From Candidatus Poribacteria bacterium (GTDB taxonomy: Bacteria; Poribacteria; WGA-4E; PCPOR2b), in assembly GCA_965207095.1 (NCBI GenBank), contig OZ242270.1, positions 687,378 to 751,377 of the forward strand: a DNA stretch of 64,000 nt, read 5' to 3'. Below are positions 56,312 through 64,000 of the stretch, piece by piece. The position numbers and the translations under genes are program-made. Position 1 is the first letter of the stretch. Every line of letters starts with the position of its first letter. The notes beneath the pieces were generated by a model. It searched no databases. It was given only the letters and a program-made list of their open reading frames with translations, and was not told the DNA's origin.

Positions 56312-56662
56312 TCAATCTAGTGTCACAAAAATGCTCTTTCGTGGTTGGGCGTTGACCGCCCGGCTACGATGCCCCTTGCCGGTGGTATCCTCTGCCAAAA
56401 GGATATCCCCCGGACCGAATCGCCTTACCGTGCCGTCACCCACTTCAATGTCAACCCCACCACTTAACGTGATGACATATTGTCTTCGCGGAACGGTATG
56501 CCAATCGTAGTCGTAGTCGGGACCAGTTTCTCTAAAAATGATGCCGGTCACATCTTGAAATTGTGACATCTTACCGATGTCACCGCTATCTTGAAGGGGA
56601 ATCTCGATATCCTCAAAATGAGACTCGCCATCGGAACCAGTATAGAGACGGGTTATTTTCAT
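56312..56662 (-). CDS. Cupin-domain protein
   Basis: 116 aa. Composition typical of the small cupin barrel (..VITLSGGVDIEVGDG...FGPGDILL..). Confidence 0.5.
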   Translation of the reverse strand: MKITRLYTGSDGESHFEDIEIPLQDSGDIGKMSQFQDVTGIIFRETGPDYDYDWHTVPRRQYVITLSGGVDIEVGDGTVRRFGPGDILLAEDTTGKGHRSRAVNAQPRKSIFVTLD

Positions 56663-56733
56663 CGTTGTTCTAAAACCTCCTGTGCCGGTTATTGGATTGT
56701 CAATTTTGAAAGGATGAATTTAACAGAGAGGCA

Positions 56734-58086
56734 CTACGGCCGTTTAGCAAACGCAGGTCTTTCCTCTATCACCCGTTTTGCCTTAAATTCTGTGCGTTCC
56801 AAAGTCCCTTGACGCAGAAATTCCACCTCCGGTCGAAAACCTAACGCTTCGCGCAGCGCGTTTGCAGTCTTTTCCTGAAGGAGCGACACCTGCGACTGAG
56901 GCATTTCCGCCTGTTCCAACTCGACCGAAATGGTACAGATGTCTCGATGCGTCGAAGCATCATGCGTCAATTGAATACGGTATTCGGGGCTTAGTTCTTC
57001 AAAGGAACGCACCACCTGCTCCACCTGCATCGGATAGAAGTTGACCCCCATAAAAACGATCATATCGTCCGCCCTACCCAAGATGCCTCCCGGAGACCGG
57101 GCATGGGTGCGTCCACAGGGACACGGTGATGGGTCGAGTCGCACAAGATCATTTGTCCAGTACCGGATCATCGGCGTAGCACTCCGTTCAAGGTGTGTGA
57201 TGACCAGAATCCCTATCTCCCCTTCAGGGACAGGTTCTTTCGTTTCGGGGTCAATCACCTCGATTAAGTGGAGATCTTCGCTCCAATGTAACCCCGTCTT
57301 GTGAGTGCATTCGCTGGCAAAAGTAGGACCAATTTCGGCGAGCCCGTAGTAATCATAGGCATCAATACCGAGACCCCTCTCGATGGCTCGGCGTGTTGCC
57401 GGCAGCTCCGTGCCCGGCTCCCCACCGAAGCAACCAATCCGAAGGCCGATATCCGATGTACTGTAATTATGTGCTTTCAGTTGTTCGGCGAGATAGATGG
57501 CATAAGAGGGGGTCGCGATGAGGACGCTGCTCTTGAGGCGCACCATATAATCAATTTGTCTTTCGGTCAACGCCGCGCCGATGGGAATAACGAGGCAGCC
57601 AATTTTTGCGCTGGCGTAGTGCACAGCCAAACCTGCTACCCAAAGCCCATACGCAAACGCGTTTTGCAAAACGTCCTCCGGACGAACGTTAATACTCCAG
57701 AGCGTTCTTGCTGTCACGTCTGTGATGTATTGTACATCTGCAGCGCTCCAAATTGTATTGACGGGTGTACCTGTTGTCCCGGTACTTGGGTGGACCTCCC
57801 GGAACTCTGTCTGCGGTGCGACGGCAAATCTCCCCAAAAACGGGTGCTGCGCCTGCTCCTCGCGCAGCTCCTCCTTATGAACAAAAGGGAACTTGCGGAT
57901 ATCATCTAGGGTTTTGACATCTGCCGGCGATACGCCCGCCGCGTCGAATCGCTCTTGATAAAATTCGCTCCGATGATAGCATCGATCAACCTGCCATTTG
58001 AGTTTCGCAAGCTGTAGCGCATCCAAGTCGCTTCTCGACATGGTTTCGATTTTATAGTCGTAAAAAGTCGAAGTATCATGTCCCAT
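56734..58086 (-). CDS. Phenylacetate--CoA ligase family (PaaK/F390-synthetase-like adenylate-forming enzyme)
   Basis: STGTTGTP P-loop, ~450 aa, PaaK-type domain order. Confidence 0.75.
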   Translation of the reverse strand: MGHDTSTFYDYKIETMSRSDLDALQLAKLKWQVDRCYHRSEFYQERFDAAGVSPADVKTLDDIRKFPFVHKEELREEQAQHPFLGRFAVAPQTEFREVHPSTGTTGTPVNTIWSAADVQYITDVTARTLWSINVRPEDVLQNAFAYGLWVAGLAVHYASAKIGCLVIPIGAALTERQIDYMVRLKSSVLIATPSYAIYLAEQLKAHNYSTSDIGLRIGCFGGEPGTELPATRRAIERGLGIDAYDYYGLAEIGPTFASECTHKTGLHWSEDLHLIEVIDPETKEPVPEGEIGILVITHLERSATPMIRYWTNDLVRLDPSPCPCGRTHARSPGGILGRADDMIVFMGVNFYPMQVEQVVRSFEELSPEYRIQLTHDASTHRDICTISVELEQAEMPQSQVSLLQEKTANALREALGFRPEVEFLRQGTLERTEFKAKRVIEERPAFAKRP

Positions 58087-58237
58087 CTTCTTCTCCCTAA
58101 TGCAACGATCGTCAAATCACCGCGGTGATTCGCAATTTCCACAAGGCTAAAACCTATGAAGTGTGAAGGGGCTGATTTGCAGTACCCAGCTTTTGATTAT
58201 AGCAGGACATCAAGCGGGTTCTCAAGCGAAAAGGCGC

Positions 58238-58266
58238 TTGACTTTATCGGTCTTGAGTGCAATAAT
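58238..58266 (+). promoter_or_regulatory. Candidate sigma70-type promoter (TTGACT-17 nt-AATAAT) for the enolase-superfamily gene
   Basis: Hexamers read directly from the sequence in the divergent intergenic region. Confidence 0.2.
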
Positions 58267-58414
58267 CTTGCAGAACCAATACAGTTAAAAGCCGATGAAG
58301 TCCGCTCAGTACCTGCTCACAGGTCCTGATGGCTGTGAGACGGATTTAATGGATTTATCTAACTCGGATGCAACGTCGCGCACCGATCTGTTCCACACAA
58401 CAGGAGTGTAGACT

Positions 58415-59629
58415 ATGAAAATTACTGACATTGAGATTATCCCGATTTATCCACGTATCGCTGCACGTAATACGGATTACAAAGCCCGATTCTCCGCTAT
58501 CAACCATCGCACGATTTTCAAAGTGCACACGGACAACGGATTGGTCGGTTACGGTGACTATCGCTGCTCGGCGCCCGATCGGTCAAGTGTCGAACCGCTT
58601 ATCGGCTGCAACCCATTCGATTTTATCAATAACAATCTAAATATAGGGTTGTGCGGTGCCCTTTATGATGTGATGGGCAAACACTTAGAGGTCCCCGCCT
58701 ACAAATTGATGGGTCAGAAAGTGCGAGATGCGATTTCTGTCGCAGCGTGGACGAGGCCCGCAGCACCGGAAGCGTTTCGTGACGAAATTCAGCGGGCAGC
58801 GGACCAAGGGTATATGACTTTCAAAATGCACACGTGCGAATATTACGATGTGATGGAGCAGACACGATTAGCAGAAGAGGTAGCACCGGAGGGATTCAAG
58901 ATTCACTACGATTTTAACAGCAATCGCAGCTTGGCAGCCGTACTCCCTATCGTGCGTGAGTTGGAAGATCATCCCGTCGTTGGTTACATCGAGGATCCGA
59001 TTGTACGGAATGATATAGACGGTTGGCGGCGGTTGCGGGAGCAGAGTCGTCTACCAATTGTCATGCACGCCCCGCAACTCGGTGGTGTACAGGAAATCAT
59101 CCACGGACTTGCAGACGCGTACATGGTTGGGGAGAGTGGTATCGGTGATAGCTTAATGCGGGGTTTTGCGTGTGGGAAGGCAAACCTTCAGGTGATTATA
59201 CAATTGACCGGTGGCACGCTAACCAAGGCGTTGGCACTGCACATGGGGGCTGTTTTGCCCACGATGACAGGGCACACGGTAACTCTGGATGATCAGTATG
59301 AGGATGACATCGTCACAGAGCGGATTCCGGTGCTTGAAGGATTCTCGCCCGTTCCAGAGGGACCCGGCTTGGGAATTGAAGTGGACGAAGACGCCTTAGC
59401 ACGAGCGGCGGCAAACCAGCCGACGGAGATTCCCAAACATGTCGGTGTACTACATATGCCGGGCGGTCACAAGATTTACACACCGTCCTTCGCTTCGGTA
59501 AGCAGACTGACGGGACGAGAGGAAGGAACGATCCGGGGTCTCAAGCAAGAACTTTGGGATGATGACGGCTCCGAGGAGTTCGCCCGAATCTATGATCGAG
59601 TGCAGCAGGAGGGCTCGTTTGTCGAGTAG
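58415..59629 (+). CDS. Enolase-superfamily enzyme (mandelate racemase/muconate lactonizing enzyme family)
   Basis: MKITDIEIIP N-terminal capping domain. Metal-ligand acidic residues spaced as in MR/MLE (..HYDFN.., ..YIEDP..). Confidence 0.7.
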   Translation: MKITDIEIIPIYPRIAARNTDYKARFSAINHRTIFKVHTDNGLVGYGDYRCSAPDRSSVEPLIGCNPFDFINNNLNIGLCGALYDVMGKHLEVPAYKLMGQKVRDAISVAAWTRPAAPEAFRDEIQRAADQGYMTFKMHTCEYYDVMEQTRLAEEVAPEGFKIHYDFNSNRSLAAVLPIVRELEDHPVVGYIEDPIVRNDIDGWRRLREQSRLPIVMHAPQLGGVQEIIHGLADAYMVGESGIGDSLMRGFACGKANLQVIIQLTGGTLTKALALHMGAVLPTMTGHTVTLDDQYEDDIVTERIPVLEGFSPVPEGPGLGIEVDEDALARAAANQPTEIPKHVGVLHMPGGHKIYTPSFASVSRLTGREEGTIRGLKQELWDDDGSEEFARIYDRVQQEGSFVE

Positions 59630-59775
59630 TTCTAGGGATTCCTGTACCAACAAGGAGGGTTCTGGAGACAGAGGCTTTCACCTCGATCTCCAGAACCGTT
59701 ATCGCTACCCACAATTTCTTTGTGGAAAGACGTAGATACCGTTAAGATCTGCTTGCCGTTTTCCTGATTTGAGGG

Positions 59776-60087
59776 CTACTTTTCTAACGTACCTACAACC
59801 TCAAACCGTTCGGACTCAGTAGGCTTCGACCACAATACCGATGCACCACCCATGATGGCTGCTCGTTCCGGAGAAGCGCGCCAAGCGTCGTAGATCTCGT
59901 TACTCTCCCAAGTCACCAACGAGGTTATTTTTGTCGGGTCGGTGGTGGAGACAAGCGTCACTCGACTGATGAACCCGGGAGCTTTGCTCTGTGCTAGTCC
60001 ATTTCGGTCTAAGAGTTCGCGAGCCTCATCAAATTGTTCCTTATTTGCCCAATGGTGAGTTAATACGCCAATCATCATTTCCTCCAT
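59776..60087 (-). CDS. Antibiotic-biosynthesis-monooxygenase (ABM/Dabb) domain protein
   Basis: ~100 aa ferredoxin-like ABM pattern (..VTLVSTTDPTKITSLVTWESNEIYDAW..). Confidence 0.5.
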   Translation of the reverse strand: MEEMMIGVLTHHWANKEQFDEARELLDRNGLAQSKAPGFISRVTLVSTTDPTKITSLVTWESNEIYDAWRASPERAAIMGGASVLWSKPTESERFEVVGTLEK

Positions 60088-60204
60088 TATATTGCTGGTT
60101 TCGCAACTCGGTCTAACCGCTCACACCGATTGCCGTAAGGTAAAGCCTATCTGTTCAACATCGTCAGTAACGCAGAGCTTTTGCAGATACCTACAGATGT
60201 CATA

Positions 60205-61437
60205 TCATCTTGACGTCAACAACCGCCATATCACTGTCACGATCAGCACTAGCGAAAAGGCAAGTCCTATCGCACTCACGGCGACAATTCCGGCTTCTGC
60301 AAACACCGCACCCGTTCCCAAACTACCTGCCCCTGCGGCTAGCGCCACCATCATTTCACCTGCCCCCTGTGCTCGTCCTCGTTCAGGAGGCAAAAGGCCA
60401 CTGAAAAACAGCGCCGAACCTGCGATAAAACAGAAATTCCAGCCCAATCCCAGCAGGAACAGACTAAAGGCGAGCATGGTCACCTGATTGGACATTGGTG
60501 TAAGCACGGCAGAAGCACCCAGTATCAATGCACCAAGAACTATTATCGTTACTTGACCCAAACGGTTTGACAGCCGACTCGTCAAACTCGAAAGCCCGTA
60601 CATCCCCAATGTATGCGCCATTATCACCCACGAAATCGCCTGTTCACCATGGGCGTGGTGATTCATGTGCAGCGGTGTAATCACCATAATCAGCGTCATA
60701 ACAAATTGACCAATTATCGTCGCTGTCAAGCCAAGTCTCACCGTTCTGTCAACAAAGATTTGCCACAATTTTCGCCCGGTGTTCTTCTCCTCCGCGTCAT
60801 TCAACTCGCCCGTCAGCGTTCGCCCAACCTTCATGGGATCCGGGTATAGTAAGAGAAGGGTTAGCATCAGTGCAAGGGCAGCAAGCACTACTGATATCAG
60901 ATAAGGACCGGCGTGGCCATGCAAGCCAAAAGATACTGCTATCCAAGTAGAAGGAGATACAAGGAGCGGACCACCTACTGCGCCTATAGTCCCCGCGAAT
61001 ACAATAAGACCAATTACTCCCGCTCGCTTAACTGGGTGATAGACTTCAGCTGCAATAAAGCGCGCCTGTTCGCTTACGCCACGTCCCATGCCCATCAACA
61101 ATACACCGCTGCAGAGCCATGGCAACGACTCCCACACGCTGATTGACAGAACGCAGAGTGCTGATCCGGCTGCAGTAAATAGATACCCCAGCGATAGTCC
61201 CGGTCTGCGCCCGATGTGGTCCATGAGCCATCCCACAGGGTAGGCAGCGATAGCCCTGCCCAACATCATCATAGTGGGCGGTATTCCTGCGGCACGGTCC
61301 GTCCCACCAAGGTGTGCAGCAATAACCGGCAAGAGCGTAAACGACAAAATCATTGATGCGCTAAATAGACTCTGCGAGATGAACAACGTTGCCGTTATCC
61401 GCTGCTGCACCGAACGAAGAATTATTGAAGTAGACAT
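60205..61437 (-). CDS. MFS transporter
   Basis: 12 predicted TM helices. Motif-A-like loop GWLMDHIGRRPG. Confidence 0.75.
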   Translation of the reverse strand: MSTSIILRSVQQRITATLFISQSLFSASMILSFTLLPVIAAHLGGTDRAAGIPPTMMMLGRAIAAYPVGWLMDHIGRRPGLSLGYLFTAAGSALCVLSISVWESLPWLCSGVLLMGMGRGVSEQARFIAAEVYHPVKRAGVIGLIVFAGTIGAVGGPLLVSPSTWIAVSFGLHGHAGPYLISVVLAALALMLTLLLLYPDPMKVGRTLTGELNDAEEKNTGRKLWQIFVDRTVRLGLTATIIGQFVMTLIMVITPLHMNHHAHGEQAISWVIMAHTLGMYGLSSLTSRLSNRLGQVTIIVLGALILGASAVLTPMSNQVTMLAFSLFLLGLGWNFCFIAGSALFFSGLLPPERGRAQGAGEMMVALAAGAGSLGTGAVFAEAGIVAVSAIGLAFSLVLIVTVIWRLLTSR

Positions 61438-61590
61438 AGACGCTTTCGTTAAGAACTATAGTTGGGACAATTCAACCCGCGCCGCACTTCGGCATTATGT
61501 AGCTGAATTCAAGTTGCTAACATTTACCTGCAGCCTCGGACTCAGATTATATCTTATCACTTACCAAATGTAGGGTCAAATCTAAAAAAA

Positions 61591-62064
61591 TTATGGTAGA
61601 TTTCAGAATTAATCAGACACTGCAAATCGGCGAAGTTAGAGCCTGTTTTAAAAGTGAAACAGTCATCTATAGGAAGTTGTTCACATGTCGCCCCGCTGGG
61701 GCTTAGGTTGTTTGTTTGTCCTGTATTCTATAAACATGTCGCCCCGCTGGGGCTTAGGGTCTGTTTTAAGAGTAGGTGAAACGGTCATCTTTTGCCATTC
61801 TATGGGCACAATCAACCGATTTTGAGAGTATTTACCCGTAAACTGACAACTTTCAGAGATTATTTGGATTTTTCAAACAGGTTCTTAGAAACCTCGCCTA
61901 CCGGGGATGGAAAAATCCGGGCTATGACACCGGTAGGGGCGGTTTCTAACCGCACCGCATAGGCTTGTCCCGCTTCTCGGGATCCCGACCTGCCGGAATT
62001 GGACACAGCGCCTACCAAACATGGGGAGTGAAAGTGTCTATCTGTTTTTACGATTCACTGTAGG
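61591..62064. mobile_element. MITE-like repeat family A, copy 5 (long composite form, ~470 bp)
   Basis: Same termini (TATGGTAGATTTCAGAATTAATCAGACAC ... GTGTCTATCTGTTTTTACGATTCACTGTAGG). Interior carries two ACATGTCGCCCCGCTGGGGCTTAGG units 50 bp apart. Confidence 0.55.
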
Positions 62065-62395
62065 TTAAAATGTTCTACAGAAGATTTCTTGCAACGTATC
62101 AATATCGACTACATCCGAGCGTGCAATTAAACCATTAGGTATTTTCCAGCAGGCAATCCCAATTCCGTTGACAACTGTTAATGGGATAACTATAATGAAC
62201 ATCGTTTACTTATGGCAGTCGAAATCAGACTTTTGCTCTGATGGTAAGAATGGGGGTTGACCGAATAAATCGGGATTGACTCCCACTCATGCTAAGCGGC
62301 TTCTATTTTTGGCTGCAGCACATTGCTAAGTTCACGTATCAAAACTGGTGTAGAGAGTTGTAGCGTGCTTTGATACCATTCAAAAGGATTCAAAA

Positions 62396-63430
62396 ATGCC
62401 CAGAGAACTTATTGCTATTGCGCCACGGACACCTGCGCTTCGTGAATATGAGGAACCATCACTTAAACCCGAAGAAGTACGGCTGCGAAGCATCTTTTCT
62501 GCCCCCAAACACGGATCAGAGCTTCGCGGCTATCGTGCTGAAACTAAGGACCATACCTCCCCTTTTGAATGGGAACGACGGATGCATGTCGGAGAAGGGG
62601 GACCCCCGAAATTTCCGACGCGATTGGGGAATATGACGGTCGGCGAAGTGATTGCGGTTGGCGAAGCTACCACCCGTTTTCAGGTAGGGGATCGTGTTTT
62701 CGGACACCTACCTATTCGCGAAACACATACCGTCCACGAGGGACGTTTAGATGAAGCCCCGGATAAAATGTCCTCCGAAGCTATTGTGTATTCAGATCCA
62801 GCCGGTGTTGCACTCAGTCCCGTGCGAGATGGTAAAATTGGTCTTGGCGACCGCGTGGCGGTGTTTGGACTGGGTGCAATCGGACAGATGGCGGTGCAGA
62901 TTGCACGGCTTCAAGGCGCCCGGTGGATTGCTGCAACTGATCCAATTTCCATCCGTCGTGAGCTTGCCAAGCAGCACGGCGCGGATGTGGTTATCGATCC
63001 TATTGCCGAAGACGCCGGACTGGTCATCAAAGATTTGACGGACAACGTTGGTGTTGATGTTTCCTTGGAGACAAGTGGCATTTACGGTGCGTTGAACGAC
63101 GCGTTGCGAGCTACGGGTTACATGGGAACTATTGTGTCTTCGGCATATTACACGGGGGACGCCCGTGCATTAAGCCTTGAAGGGGAGTGGCACCGAAACC
63201 GGTTGACGATGATTTCGACGCGTGATGTGAGCCAACCTCTCCCTGGGCATCCGTTGTGGGACACCCAGCGGCTGCATACGGAGGCATTCGCACTGCTACA
63301 GGAAGGACGCCTTTCGGTGGAAGGATTGATCCATCCGATTGTCTCGTTCAATGAGTCTGCTGAAGCCTATCGTGATATTGACGATGCACCGGAAAAGAGC
63401 ATCAAGTTGGGCGTAGTTTACGAGGCGTAA
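62396..63430 (+). CDS. Zn-dependent alcohol dehydrogenase-like (MDR superfamily) oxidoreductase
   Basis: Rossmann motif VFGLGAIGQM. GroES-like N-terminal domain. Confidence 0.65.
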   Translation: MPRELIAIAPRTPALREYEEPSLKPEEVRLRSIFSAPKHGSELRGYRAETKDHTSPFEWERRMHVGEGGPPKFPTRLGNMTVGEVIAVGEATTRFQVGDRVFGHLPIRETHTVHEGRLDEAPDKMSSEAIVYSDPAGVALSPVRDGKIGLGDRVAVFGLGAIGQMAVQIARLQGARWIAATDPISIRRELAKQHGADVVIDPIAEDAGLVIKDLTDNVGVDVSLETSGIYGALNDALRATGYMGTIVSSAYYTGDARALSLEGEWHRNRLTMISTRDVSQPLPGHPLWDTQRLHTEAFALLQEGRLSVEGLIHPIVSFNESAEAYRDIDDAPEKSIKLGVVYEA

Positions 63431-63483
63431 AACGTGAAACATACTAGGTTTTGTTGGAAGGCATACCAATAAGGAGAACCAGA

Positions 63484-64000
63484 ATGTCCGAGCGCAAAAA
63501 GATTGCAGCAATTATTACCGAGTACCGTCCGGGATCACACGCCGATGTAATCGTTACCAAGTTCCTAAAAGGGATTCCAACTGATGATGGGTTGATTCAA
63601 CCGCGCGTTGAAATCGCGTCAATGTATGTTGATCAGTTTCCCGAAAACGATCTGAGCCGTGGGTTCGCTGCAGCGCATAACGTGCCGATTTATCCGAGTA
63701 TCGTTAAGGCATTGACGCTCGGTGGAAGTGAGCTCGCTGTCGATGGTGTTCTCCTGATCGGTGAACACGGCGACTACGCTTGGAACGAGAAAGACCAGCA
63801 ACTCTATCCACGGAAGTACTTCATGGAGCAGATCTGCGGCGTTTTTTCCACCAGTGGCAGGGGTGTCCCCGTTTTCAACGATAAGCATCTCTCCTACAAC
63901 TGGCACGACGCCAAATGGATGTTTGACCGTGCAGCGCAGCTTGATGCCCCATTCATGGCGGGTTCATCGCTGCCTTTTGGTTACCGCAATCCATGGTTGG
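63484..64000 (+). CDS. Hypothetical protein, 3' partial (runs off the window end)
   Basis: ATG at 63484 after a GGAGAAC RBS. Open to the window end (MSERKKIAAIITEYRPGSHADVIV...). Not recognised. Confidence 0.4.
   Translation, partial: MSERKKIAAIITEYRPGSHADVIVTKFLKGIPTDDGLIQPRVEIASMYVDQFPENDLSRGFAAAHNVPIYPSIVKALTLGGSELAVDGVLLIGEHGDYAWNEKDQQLYPRKYFMEQICGVFSTSGRGVPVFNDKHLSYNWHDAKWMFDRAAQLDAPFMAGSSLPFGYRNPWL

Overview
This 64-kb window (about 52% GC) looks like a Gram-negative, MAG-like bacterial genome. Nothing here allows the phylum to be named from sequence alone.

Conserved blocks:
- A minus-strand dcw cell-wall cluster (rsmH-ftsL-ftsI-[hypothetical]-murE-[small membrane gene]-murF-mraY) at 36.8-45.6 kb.
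- glnA-glnB, a glutamate dehydrogenase, dcd, and a two-component system with a sigma54-type regulator.
- An ABC transporter/GldG-like/DUF4340 operon and an MFS transporter.
- Several oxidoreductases and a 5'-partial FG-GAP/ASPIC (CRTAC1-type) gene.

The most unusual region is an accessory block at about 12.5-23.2 kb:
- It carries an HTH-MBL fusion gene and a type I R-M locus (hsdM, a degraded hsdS, hsdR).
- The R-M locus is interleaved with a small membrane protein, a CopG-family antitoxin-like gene, DUF433, and an antitoxin+PIN pair.
- The block is bracketed by inverted copies of an iteron-like repeat and by copies of a ~160-nt multi-hairpin element.

Other notable points:
- A second run of orphan antitoxin-like genes lies at 8.0-9.5 kb.
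- At least six families of short interspersed or palindromic repeats fill the intergenic DNA.
- One of these is a MITE-like family with 5 copies; one copy carries a nested ~260-bp insertion with an 8-bp target-site duplication.
- Several genes are split by frameshifts or in-frame stops: the epimerase, the multihaem cytochrome (twice), DUF433, hsdS, and the small membrane gene.
- I recognised no rRNA, tRNA, CRISPR array, transposase or integrase.
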